NCBI GenBank assembly: GCA_963845065.1
Contig: CAWJQQ010000009.1
Coordinates: 704,001-768,000, forward strand
DNA length: 64,000 nt
Source of the DNA: Nitrospirota bacterium
Lineage (GTDB): Bacteria; Nitrospirota; UBA9217
Direction of reading: 5' to 3'
Numbering within the stretch: position 1 is the stretch's first letter; the number at the start of each line of letters is the position of its first letter. The notes beneath the pieces are model-generated. The model had not been told where the DNA came from and ran no database searches. It saw only the letters and a list, made by a program, of their open reading frames with translations. A program made the translations under genes and the position numbers. Positions 19,554-29,651 of this stretch are shown here, piece by piece.

Positions 19554-22517
19554 ATGATTCTTCAAACAATAAATTCAGACAGCTATTTTATTAACTTTTA
19601 CGCGTTTCCCATGTTCGTTGTTGCTGTGGCAATAACTCTACTTGGATTCTTTATCCTCGCCCGAGAGCGGGGATCCCGTATTGGAATCTACTTCCTTTTC
19701 ATGTGCCTGTGTGTCGGTCTATATTTATTTGGAACGGGCGCATGTTACGCAAGCCGCGACGAGAGCCTGTCGCTGCTCTGGCTCAAGATCTCTCAACTGG
19801 GAGCTGACTTCATCCCCACCACCATACTTCTCTCGACCGTAGACCGTCTCAACCTGCGCCATCGGTATCGTTTCGCCGTCGCATCCAGCTTCGTTCTATC
19901 GACGTTAATTACGTTCGGAGCCTTTTTCACTGATCTGCACGTCAAGGGGAGCGCCCAGTTCTTCTGGGGCAGGAATGTTCAGTATGGACCTCTGGGTATT
20001 GTATTCATGACGTTTTTTTTCAGTATCATGGTTTTTGTCCTCCATCTTTACTGGCTGGAATACCGGCAAAGCTCAACAGTGCAACAGAAAAAAAGATTGA
20101 AAGGGCTGCTTATCGCCTTCAACGTCGGTTATCTGGGCGCAGTTGACTTTCTTCCGTGCTTAGGCCTTCACGTCTATCCATTCGGTTATCTCCCCGTAGG
20201 CTTCTTTATTCTAGTGAGCGCCTACATCATCATGCGATACCGTTTCACGGACATCACACCTGAGCTGGCCGCGGACCGAATTCTGGAGACCATGCAGAGT
20301 GCTGTGATCGTTATTGACCTCAAGGGCAAGATCAGGGTGACCAGCCAAGTAACCGAAGAGATGCTTGGTTATCAAAAGTCAGAACTCCTCGATAGGGATA
20401 TAGGGTCAATTCTTCCCGCGCTGGCAGAATTCAACACCGCCGCTCTTTTGAGCGGGAAATCCTCTTCTCATGAGACGGCATGGCACAGCAGGAGCGGGCA
20501 ACGATTCAACGTCATCGTCTCCGTATCCACGATCACAAATTCATTGGACAATTCGCCGGTTGGGATCGTTTATGCGGCATATGACATCACCCAGCGCAGG
20601 CAGGTCGAGGAAGCCCTCCAGGTATCTGAAGCAAAATTTCGGCTGTTAGTGGATAACGCATACGAAGGCATTCTAGTCGCCAGGGAGGGAATGCTGTTAT
20701 ATGTGAACCCCCAAATGATCCACTTGAGCGGCTACACCTATGAGGAGTTGACAGCAAGACCGTTCGTGGAATTTGTTGACCCCGATGACCGGCCACTAGT
20801 CCTTGAACACCACATTAAAAGAATGAAGGGAGAAATAGATCCCGAGGAGGTCTATAGTTTTCGGATTGTTCGAAAGGATGGAGCCATTCGATGGCTGGAA
20901 ACAAAAGGCGCAATAATCACCTGGGATAACAAGCCTGCCAACTTGAATTTTGTCAGTGATATTACCGAGCGCAAACAGGCAGTGGAGGCGCTGCGGCAAA
21001 GCAAGGAAACATTACAGAGGATCATGGACAGTTCCTCTGCGGTCATTTCTGCGAAGGACCTCGAAGGGAAATATATTTTCATCAACGCACTATATGAAAA
21101 GCTATTTCATGTTTCGAATTCCGAAATCCTTGGTAAAACGGACTATGACATTTTCCCCCGGATAGTGGCTGACGCATTTCGTGATGTCGACCTTCAGACA
21201 ATAAAGGCCGGCATGCCGATTGAAGCCGAAGAGGCCGTGCCTCAGGATGATGGCATGCACTATTACATTTCCCTCAAATTTCCCCTATACGACAGCAATA
21301 AAAAACCTTACGCCGTGTGCGGGATGTCCACCGACATCACTGAACGGAAAAAGCTGGGGGAACAGTCTATGAAGTCTCAAAAGCTTGAATCCATCGGCAC
21401 GCTGGCCGGTGGCATCGCCCATGACTTTAACAACCTTCTTCAGGGCGTGTTCGGCTATATCTCCCTGGCGAAAATAACGGCGAATAACAAGGAAAAAAGC
21501 GCAGCAGCCCTGGAGCAAGCCGAGAAAGCCCTTCATCAGACGGTTAATCTAACGACTCAGCTTTTAACCTTTTCCAAGGGTGGCAAGCCGTTCAAGAAAA
21601 AGATCGACCTCGGGCCGATCATCGAGAACTCAGCAAACTTTATGTTGAGCGGCTCCCGTTCCGATCTCCGCCTGAACATTGCGGCAGACCTGTGGCAGGT
21701 TGAAGCTGATGAAGGACAGATCGGCCAAGTGGTCCAGAATATCGTGCTGAACGCGGATCAGGCCATGCCGGTCGGCGGCACTGTCAGAGTCACGGCAGCG
21801 AACATGGCAAAGGGCGACGCATCGCTGCGGCCTGGACTTGCAAAGGGGGACTATATTGTGATAGCGATCCATGATACCGGCGTCGGTATTCCGGAACAGT
21901 ATCTGAGCAAGATCTTTGACCCCTATTTCACGACAAAGGAAAAGGGCAGCGGGCTGGGGCTGGCAACATCCTACACGATCGTAAAAAATCACGGTGGTAT
22001 CATCGATGTTATGATCAAATACGGCGAAGGAACCACGTTTATGATTTATCTGCCCGCGATCGTTGGACAGGTCCGGTTAGAATCAGAGGAAAAGAAGCAA
22101 GAGCTTTCGCCATCGGGCAAAGCGAGGGTCCTCGTGATGGACGATGAGGAGGTCATCAGGAATCTCAGCAGCGAGCTGCTTGGTGTGCTGGGCCATGAGG
22201 TTGAGGTTGCAAAACACGGCGAGGAAGTCCTTGAAAAGTATCGAGGAGCGATTGGAGCGGGACGTCCATTTGACATCGTTATCCTGGACATCACTATACG
22301 GGGTGGGATGGGTGGCGTAGAAACGGTTCAGCAGTTACTCAAAATGGATTCCAACGTTAAAGCGGTCGTGTCGAGTGGATACTCCGATGATATGACAATA
22401 GCGAATTACATGTCGCAGGGATTCAAGGCGTGTTTGAAGAAACCCTATGATGTTGTCGCCCTTAGAAAAGTGCTAAGCAAGATGCAAGATGGTCAATGTG
22501 TAAGGTACTCTGTCTGA
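19554..22517 (+). CDS. Hybrid sensor histidine kinase (7TM, 3 PAS, HisKA, HATPase, REC)
   Basis: Three DITxR PAC ends, AHDFNNLL, FTTKEKGSGLGL, VMDDE..LDITIRGG..KPY; RBS GGAGG. Confidence 0.95.
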   Translation: MILQTINSDSYFINFYAFPMFVVAVAITLLGFFILARERGSRIGIYFLFMCLCVGLYLFGTGACYASRDESLSLLWLKISQLGADFIPTTILLSTVDRLNLRHRYRFAVASSFVLSTLITFGAFFTDLHVKGSAQFFWGRNVQYGPLGIVFMTFFFSIMVFVLHLYWLEYRQSSTVQQKKRLKGLLIAFNVGYLGAVDFLPCLGLHVYPFGYLPVGFFILVSAYIIMRYRFTDITPELAADRILETMQSAVIVIDLKGKIRVTSQVTEEMLGYQKSELLDRDIGSILPALAEFNTAALLSGKSSSHETAWHSRSGQRFNVIVSVSTITNSLDNSPVGIVYAAYDITQRRQVEEALQVSEAKFRLLVDNAYEGILVAREGMLLYVNPQMIHLSGYTYEELTARPFVEFVDPDDRPLVLEHHIKRMKGEIDPEEVYSFRIVRKDGAIRWLETKGAIITWDNKPANLNFVSDITERKQAVEALRQSKETLQRIMDSSSAVISAKDLEGKYIFINALYEKLFHVSNSEILGKTDYDIFPRIVADAFRDVDLQTIKAGMPIEAEEAVPQDDGMHYYISLKFPLYDSNKKPYAVCGMSTDITERKKLGEQSMKSQKLESIGTLAGGIAHDFNNLLQGVFGYISLAKITANNKEKSAAALEQAEKALHQTVNLTTQLLTFSKGGKPFKKKIDLGPIIENSANFMLSGSRSDLRLNIAADLWQVEADEGQIGQVVQNIVLNADQAMPVGGTVRVTAANMAKGDASLRPGLAKGDYIVIAIHDTGVGIPEQYLSKIFDPYFTTKEKGSGLGLATSYTIVKNHGGIIDVMIKYGEGTTFMIYLPAIVGQVRLESEEKKQELSPSGKARVLVMDDEEVIRNLSSELLGVLGHEVEVAKHGEEVLEKYRGAIGAGRPFDIVILDITIRGGMGGVETVQQLLKMDSNVKAVVSSGYSDDMTIANYMSQGFKACLKKPYDVVALRKVLSKMQDGQCVRYSV

Positions 22518-23155
22518 TGGCCTGCGATTTGGGATGCATATAATGCGCGTTCTGCGCTGGCGTCAGTTTCTGGTTGCTGAGAGAAAGAATTGCAATCATT
22601 AAGTTATAAGCAGTATTTCACGCATATTCTTAATACACGTTGGTACACGATTATAGGTGCTGACGAGATAAACATAATTTTCTAAAACTTGTAGAATTGC
22701 ATTTGTAGTACCGGGACAGGATTCTTTCGATATCAGTAAGATGCCCGGTGAGTTCCCCCATTTAAATATCCAACTTTTTACTGGGTGTTTGTGTGAATCA
22801 AGGCGTGAATCCCTGACGTTAAGTCTAGTGGTAATAAATGACTGTGGTTTTAGGAACGGTGAGCGCCGTGGATAGTTAATAATTTTTGCGAGGTCCAAAG
22901 ATTTATTAGTAGAGTAAGATAGTCCTCAAAAAGCTTCCCTTCTTTTCCTAAATGTCAGCAAGACATCTTGCAGCAGAGCACCTCAAATCCTGTGTCGCAT
23001 TAATGCAGTTAATCGCTACTAAAACAAAATTCCATCTACTTCCAACAGACTTGTTTAATTTAGGGACCATGAAATAGTTATGAACTTTTTGATAACTTAT
23101 TACTGCATGGTCTACATCCTATAATTCCAATTGGGTAACGATGCTTTTTTGATAA

Positions 23156-24046
23156 TTAATCATGTTTAGCCAAAAAACGAGTAATGAGCTTATTGACTAT
23201 TTCCGGTTGTTCCTGATGAACGAAATGACCCGCAGAAGGAATAATATGTTTTTCAAAACCGTAAAGAAAAGCAGACTCCATTCCTTCAGTTGTCTCGACA
23301 CCCATACATCCATCATTGGCTCCATGCAGATACATTGTTGAAACGGGGATGGGATCATTCATTCGTTTCCATATGTCGGCCGTGCCCGGACGCCGAAGAG
23401 CCGGATTGAATTGAGAACGATAATATCCCAATGCTGCTTTCAATACCGAAGGTTGGCGGAAAGCCTCTTTGATTTCGTTCATTACCGATTGGGGACAGAG
23501 CCAACCAGGTGACCAATCTTGCCATAATTTTTCTATAAATTCAAAATCGTTATGGGCTATTGCAATTTCAGCGATGGGTAGTTGGAAGAAATACATGTAC
23601 CAGGAACGACGCTGCTGGGCTGAGTTGGAAATAAGCGCTTGCCTGAAATTTCCTGCAGTCGGCACGGACATGCAGACAATTTTTGAAATTTTATCAGGTG
23701 CAAGTATTGCAGTGATACGGGACACTACTGCTCCCCAATCATGCCCGATGAGAATGGTGGATTGATTTGTCAGTTGAGCAATCAGTGCCATAATATCTTT
23801 CACAAGGATAGCGATATCATAAACATCATCAGATGACGTATCTGATGGAAAGTATCCACGCATATATGGTGCAATAACCCGATAGCCGTTTTCTGCTAGT
23901 ACAGGTAATTGATGACGATAGGAAATCGGGAGGTCGGGAAAACCATGTAATGCTACGATCAGTGGGCCTGCGCCTACTTCAAGTGCATGGATGGTACGAC
24001 CATTGGCTTCAACAGTGATGCAGTTATAATTTCGTTCTTTGATCAT
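23156..24046 (-). CDS. Alpha/beta hydrolase, epoxide hydrolase-like
   Basis: HGFP, GHDWGA and GHFVHQEQP motifs. Confidence 0.9.
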   Translation of the reverse strand: MIKERNYNCITVEANGRTIHALEVGAGPLIVALHGFPDLPISYRHQLPVLAENGYRVIAPYMRGYFPSDTSSDDVYDIAILVKDIMALIAQLTNQSTILIGHDWGAVVSRITAILAPDKISKIVCMSVPTAGNFRQALISNSAQQRRSWYMYFFQLPIAEIAIAHNDFEFIEKLWQDWSPGWLCPQSVMNEIKEAFRQPSVLKAALGYYRSQFNPALRRPGTADIWKRMNDPIPVSTMYLHGANDGCMGVETTEGMESAFLYGFEKHIIPSAGHFVHQEQPEIVNKLITRFLAKHD

Positions 24047-24066
24047 TTTGTCTTCATTGTAAACGA

Positions 24067-24300
24067 TTAACTTTTTTTAGCCATGTGGCAAATAAAACAC
24101 TGTTCTTTCGGGGGATGGTTTGCGTTTAACGGTGCCTGCTTCCCGGGTGCATGACATGCTATACAACCCTCAGGCGTCTTTATATCACTGTGAATATTGT
24201 CGTACGGAATAAACGGCGCCTTCTTACCTGTGGATGAAAGAAAAACGAGCGCAACGACTATTAAGGCGGCTGCGATGATCAATGGCCAAGTTTTCTTCAT
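24067..24300 (-). CDS. Small membrane-anchored diheme cytochrome c
   Basis: N-terminal hydrophobic helix, CIACH and CFICH, extra His residues as possible distal ligands; RBS GAGGAG. Confidence 0.8.
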   Translation of the reverse strand: MKKTWPLIIAAALIVVALVFLSSTGKKAPFIPYDNIHSDIKTPEGCIACHAPGKQAPLNANHPPKEQCFICHMAKKS

Positions 24301-24459
24301 TTTAATTTTTCGCTCCTCAATCCTGTACGTCTTCACCTAACAACCGAAAAAAAAGGGTGCCGAATGCTTCAAATGCAACTCTACACGTCGTCAAAAATTA
24401 AGTCTATGGCAATATCGCTTACAACTATTCAATTTTAATTAAACTAAACGACGATTTAA

Positions 24460-24600
24460 TTTATAAAACCTGTCCTTGAATACCCGGCAGTTCTACTGCT
24501 GGGATGAAAAGGACAATCCTGACGAAGTCAGGATAAGAATCTGATTGGTTTTAGGTTCTATCGGTTTTGATGCCCCGCAGCTCTGCTGCGGGGTAATTCA
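24460..24600 (+). repeat. 141-bp triple-hairpin MITE, copy 2
   Basis: Same sequence as copies 1 and 3 apart from a few substitutions. Confidence 0.9.
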
Positions 24601-24882
24601 CTATTTGCACATTAACGTTGCCCTACCGCAACGCGACCGCTGCGAAGGCTTGTTGGGTGGTATTCGCCGCGGCAATCGCTTAAGCGTCGTAACGCGCGCT
24701 GTCTACGCACAACGGAAGATGCAAGGCGGCCTAATCCGTTTGTAGGTGACGGAGATCGGTTGCAGTTAAGTCTCACGATCTGCCAAGCAAGTTTTAACAT
24801 TCACGACGGCTGTTCGGGACTGCTTTACTCTCGCTTCGAGTGAATCGTATGTTAGATCGAACCGTTGACGGCATTTGGTATC

Positions 24883-25128
24883 TCAAGCGAGCTCGAACGA
24901 GCCGGTTCTAAGACTTCCAGCACGACGATAGAAACTGACAACCACACCCGTGCTTATAGTGTTGGATCTCACGAGCGTTAGGGATACCGGGATGGTTCCT
25001 GTGCCGAAGAGCCGCTTCCCAGTGCCGAGGATCACCGGGAATATCAACAGTCTGTATTCGTCGATGAGGTCGTTCTCGATAAGCGCTTGGGCGAGGCCGC
25101 AAATACCATGGACCTGAACCTCGCGTGC
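24883..25128 (-). pseudogene. C-terminal fragment of a dihydrofolate reductase / RibD C-terminal family protein
   Basis: Manual translation (not in the ORF track): AREVQVHGICGLAQALIENDLIDEYRLLIFPVILGTGKRLF..GSFELA*; no start or N-terminal half. Confidence 0.8.
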
Positions 25129-25414
25129 AAAAGTTCAATAAGCAAGCGCAACACTTAGGTTAGCCATGCTATTCTAGGTGTCTATGCTAAAACGATATAA
25201 CCACTAGAATCAGGACGAACGTGAGTTCAGACTCTCTAATAAATCGCTGCGAATAAAATGGTCTTCGTAAACTATACTGCCACATCCGTGTAAAAAAAAT
25301 CTCTAATAGACATTTAAGATTATTCTCATCTCTTCTACTGAAAGCTATCAATGTTAATTGCCACCAAAAACTTACATAGGGTATCGTAAAATTGTTTGTT
25401 AAGAATCCAAGAAT

Positions 25415-26536
25415 TCATCTTTTGTGAATGGCAAGGAATTGCTCTCTCTTTTCCTTGTCCCAATGAGCGCAGAAGGCCGGTTTACCCTTCATTACTAGAT
25501 CCATACAGAGGTTACAGGTTGGCAAGCATTTGACTATTGGCTTATCAATTCTCCCAGCTGCTTTTTTGGGCCACAAGGGGTCAGCAAAGAGTACCCTCGC
25601 GAGGCCGATAAGGTCGGCGGTACCTTCTTGAAGGACTTTTTCGGCAATCTCAGGTGTTTGGATGCGTCCTGCGGCAATGACTGGCATTCCGGGAACCGAC
25701 TCCTTTATTTTCCCGGCAAAATGGGCCATGAACGCATCTTCTTTCTCTTTTTCCTTATACGCTGGAAGAAGGAATGAATCATAAGTCCCTGCCATGACGG
25801 AGAGGTAAGCAATACCCATTTTCGCAAGCTCCTTTGCATAGAGCGATGTCTGGTCAGTGTGCAGTCCCTCAGGCAACCATTCATCAGCAAGGAAACGGTA
25901 TCCTACCGGATAATTAACCACGCTTTTCATTACTGCTTCGACTACTCTCAGGGGAAACTTCATTCTGTTTTCGAGCGAACCGCCGTAATCGTCTTTTCTC
26001 AAGTTCGTTCGCTGGGAAAGGAACTGTACGAGGAGGTACCCCGTGCCTCCATGGAGCTCGACTCCATCAAACCCTGCCTCTTTGACCCGTGCTGCGGAGT
26101 CCGCGTAGGACTTGATGATCATCTCTATATCTTCCCTAGTCATCTCCTTCGGCATTACCTCGCCGGTTTTTACAGGCGAGGGCGCGAGTCTCTGTTGTGC
26201 AGCATGGGCGTACCTGCCAGCGTGATTGAGCTGACAAATGGCTATCGCTCCTTCTTGGTGAATAACCTTTGCGATTTTTGCAAGGTCGGCGATCGAGCGA
26301 TCATCGTCGGAGCGCAGGGTAAAGGGCGATCCCATACCCGAGGGATCAATAGCAACGTTTTCCGTTACGATCATCGCCGCACCTGACTCAGCCATCTCCC
26401 GATAGTAGTCGATGATTAACTCGCTCGCCGTTCCATCTGGATTTGCGTAGGACAGAAAGAGCGGCGCCATCGTGATACGGTTTTTCAGGACAAGCTCTCT
26501 AATCTTGAACGGGGAAAAAAGAAGAGATTGTTTCAT
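25415..26536 (-). CDS. NADH:flavin oxidoreductase (Old Yellow Enzyme family) with C-terminal Cys cluster
   Basis: KNRITMAP, QLNHAGR, AGFDGVELHGGTGYL, NLRKDDYGGSLENR and CLPTCNLC..C motifs. Confidence 0.92.
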   Translation of the reverse strand: MKQSLLFSPFKIRELVLKNRITMAPLFLSYANPDGTASELIIDYYREMAESGAAMIVTENVAIDPSGMGSPFTLRSDDDRSIADLAKIAKVIHQEGAIAICQLNHAGRYAHAAQQRLAPSPVKTGEVMPKEMTREDIEMIIKSYADSAARVKEAGFDGVELHGGTGYLLVQFLSQRTNLRKDDYGGSLENRMKFPLRVVEAVMKSVVNYPVGYRFLADEWLPEGLHTDQTSLYAKELAKMGIAYLSVMAGTYDSFLLPAYKEKEKEDAFMAHFAGKIKESVPGMPVIAAGRIQTPEIAEKVLQEGTADLIGLARVLFADPLWPKKAAGRIDKPIVKCLPTCNLCMDLVMKGKPAFCAHWDKEKREQFLAIHKR

Positions 26537-26651
26537 ACGGAGGATTCCTTTTTGTGGATACATTCTGCTGGACAAGAATGTTTATGTATTTATCAACAAT
26601 TGACATTTGTTATATTCTTTTTTTGTGTACAAATAAACTATACGGTTAATA

Positions 26652-27320
26652 CTACGTCTTCTGGATCAAATCAGAATCCCCCCCCTTTTTTAATAATGCA
26701 TAAATTGCTTTATGAGTCGCAACCTTCCCCTGAATATCAATTGTCATTAACTCTTCAATTTCAAAATGTAGTGCAAATAAAGCCACCATCTCACTCTCAG
26801 AGGAAAAATATAAAACCGTATCAAGTGGCGTTTTTCTATATTTACCTACTCCACCAAATTGAGCACTTTCCTCACTGAAACAAACTGATAGATACTGCCC
26901 TTCAGGATTAAGCAGACGGTAAACGTTGTTAATATATTTTTCTCTATCAGGTGGGAAAATATGATGTAAGAGCTCCCAGTCGTATGCAAAGTCGAATGTT
27001 TCTTGAACGTTTGCCATATCGCCCAGCACATCTGCTACTATAAATTTACCTCGTACACCTTTTTTTGATGCAGATCTTCTAGCGATTTCAATTGCTGATT
27101 CTGAAATATCAACACCGACAGCATCAAAGCCGTGGCTTGCAAGATAAATTACATAATTCCCCGCTCCACACCCTAATTCGATTGCTTTACAGGCTTTTAT
27201 TTTATTTGTTTTTATTAGTGTTTGCAGAACCTCTGGAGGAGATTCTCTATTCCACGGTATTTTTTCAAGGGGGATGCTCTTGTATATTTGTTCCATTTGA
27301 TCTTTTATCATAGCGATCAC
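26652..27320 (-). CDS. Class I SAM-dependent methyltransferase
   Basis: ELGCGAG, GVDIS and FDFAYDWELLHH motifs. Confidence 0.88.
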   Translation of the reverse strand: MIAMIKDQMEQIYKSIPLEKIPWNRESPPEVLQTLIKTNKIKACKAIELGCGAGNYVIYLASHGFDAVGVDISESAIEIARRSASKKGVRGKFIVADVLGDMANVQETFDFAYDWELLHHIFPPDREKYINNVYRLLNPEGQYLSVCFSEESAQFGGVGKYRKTPLDTVLYFSSESEMVALFALHFEIEELMTIDIQGKVATHKAIYALLKKGGDSDLIQKT

Positions 27321-27542
27321 CCTACATTTAATTAGACAAGCGGAAACCGTTAGGTTAAATTATCCATAAGCCGATATTAGTTTAGCAGAAGCACATCCCG
27401 GCGATTCAAAGCAACACATTAATTGAAATACTTTACAACGACTATATGCCTGTTTTCTATTTATGTCAACAATGCTGACTGGATATTTGGAATAAAACTT
27501 AAAGAATTCAGATTGATATCTCATGCTCCATCCATAAATAAC

Positions 27543-27594
27543 TTTATCTCAATGCGCCGTAAGACCCCGGCCGTGAGGCCGGGGAGGATGTCAA
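27543..27594 (+). repeat. Solo IS200/IS605-type end (single hairpin mini-element)
   Basis: TTTAT..gcgccgtaagaCCCCGGCC-gtga-GGCCGGGG-aggatgTCAA. Confidence 0.6.
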
Positions 27595-28266
27595 GTATTT
27601 CTAAGAATAATAACCTTGACAATTTACTTAGAAGAAGATTTTTGCATTGCTTATTTCAATTGTAAATTTACGAGTTTATCCAAAAATAATCTCCGTGGTA
27701 AGCGTTATTGACCGTGAATCCGGCATTCGCAAATAGCATTGCCTGCTTTCCTCCAATATTGCGTGGAAATTTTCCCTTCGGGATATAGCGATTCTTTGAT
27801 TACTACTAAAACATATCTACAAGATAGTTTCTAAAAAAATGAAAATAATTTATCACCCTTTGCAACTTATAAATTATTGTGTTGAATTTATTAACGTCTC
27901 ATATTTATTACATTGTTGACTGCATAAGCGCATCCATGCTATTTTAAATCAATGTCAAATGCACATAGTAATGCCGATGGAAATGTCAACGACCAGGTTC
28001 TGCAAAAGAACTTGGTAGTCGTCGTGACAACAGATTCGACCCAAGCGGACGAAATCGATGCCTTCAAAGATACTGAAGCTTTCCTAAAATATTGTCCGAA
28101 GCACAATGCTCGTGCGAAAGAATAACGGAAAGGAGAGGCCAATGCTATAGTGGCCAAGACTAAAATAATTGTTAACAACCCTGTCTGACCTTCTATTCTT
28201 TCTGGAAGTTTGTTGTTTGAAAACAAAGAAAATGTTTTCTAACTATCGCCATAGGGAGGACGCACC

Positions 28267-28815
28267 ATGATCAATCTCTTACGCACACGCAGAAGTATTC
28301 GTAAATACACCGCGACTCCTATTGATTATAAAATGATTGATGTGCTTATAGAAGCATTGCTTCGTTCACCTACCTCACGAAACGGAAAATCATGGGAATT
28401 TATTGTTGTAGATGATAGGGAACTCTTGACTAAACTTTCAAAAGCTAGAGAGCAGGGATCTCGTCATCTGCAGGACGCAGCATTGGGCATCGTAGTGTGT
28501 GCTGACAGTATAAAATCCGATGTATGGATTGAGGATTGTTCTATCGCCGCAATAATTGTTCAGATGACTGCTCACGAATTGGGACTAGGAAGTTGCTGGG
28601 TGCAAATTAGGAACCGTAATCATACAGAGATGATGTCAGCCGAGCAATATATTCAGGGTTTACTTGGATTACCCCAGCACGTCAAGGTAGAGTGTATGGT
28701 TAGCATTGGATATCCAGACGAAGCAAAAAAACCAGTAGCAGATAGCGAACTGGATTATCACAAAGTTAAACACAACCATTATTCCATTAATTACGTTCTA
28801 AAGAGAGAAGCATGA
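28267..28815 (+). CDS. Nitroreductase family protein
   Basis: RRSIRKY, SPTSRN..WEFIVV, GLGSCWVQ and SIGYP motifs; RBS GGAGG. Confidence 0.92.
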   Translation: MINLLRTRRSIRKYTATPIDYKMIDVLIEALLRSPTSRNGKSWEFIVVDDRELLTKLSKAREQGSRHLQDAALGIVVCADSIKSDVWIEDCSIAAIIVQMTAHELGLGSCWVQIRNRNHTEMMSAEQYIQGLLGLPQHVKVECMVSIGYPDEAKKPVADSELDYHKVKHNHYSINYVLKREA

Positions 28816-28904
28816 AAAAATCGGATTGATGTATCGACACATCCGGCTATCAATGACCAGTCAGTAATTTGTAGAGTGTTATTTATAAATAGCTGACATT
28901 TATG

Positions 28905-29468
28905 GAATTCCTGTCCGCACATCCCCCTCCTAGGCGTAAAGCGCAAGGAGGGGGGCAAGCGGCTGCTCTGAATCTTTAACGAGTTGATGTGTTTACACAT
29001 TGTGAAAGCATCCGTAAAGAATGCGTTCACCTGTGTAATATAATGTTCATATTAGGTCGATAAAATATGAGTCTATCAAGAAGAGTAAGCAAGCTTGTAA
29101 TCACAAGACCACCACACGGCACATCTCAAGAGTGTTCGAAGTGTTCGCGTACTCACCCGGACAACCGCCGTTCTCAGACGGAGTTCGTCTGTCAGAGCTG
29201 CGGATTTAGTGAAAACCCCGACTTCAACGCTTTCATCGATATTAAGAAAAAAGTGATCAGGACGCTGTTGGCCGGTGAACTCTCGGTAAAACAAGAGAAG
29301 CGTGCCAAAAGCGGTTTAAAAAAAACAGCTAGGGCAGGAACTGCCCGAAGTAACGCGCTGGGAGATGGAAATAAACCGAACTAAGAGCCATGCTTTTAGT
29401 TCTCATCCATCTTCGAACCGTGACCCCCCACTACAATTACTCTTGCGGTTTAGTGGCAGGAGCGTTCA
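28905..29468 (+). mobile_element. tnpB: Internally deleted IS200/IS605 element A: left end, tnpB 3' fragment, omegaRNA/right end
   Basis: Left-end-like GAATTCCTGTCCGC plus hairpin; TSQECSKC..FVCQSCGF..DFNA (Zn ribbon and RuvC-III); right end CCACTA..TAGTGG..TTCA. Confidence 0.8.
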
Positions 29469-29651
29469 TGCTTAAAGATTATTTGCCAGAAGCCTACTGA
29501 GTCAAAATTATATGAGTGGCCATTCAAGGAAGAGTTTTTTTAAAAACTTCTTTTTGAGGATTATAGTCACGACTTCAGGGGAATCTCAAAGGCCCCAAAG
29601 TATCTCTGGTGAACAATACTGAGTTCATATTACTCACGTAGAGGAGGGAAT

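Noticed and set aside
24545..24745. ORF beginning MVLGSIGFDAPQLCCGVIH
   Set aside because: It is a translation of the MITE right end running into flanking DNA.
24908..25138. 76-aa ORF in the track
   Set aside because: Wrong frame; the neighbouring frame encodes the recognisable DHFR/RibD-C fragment.
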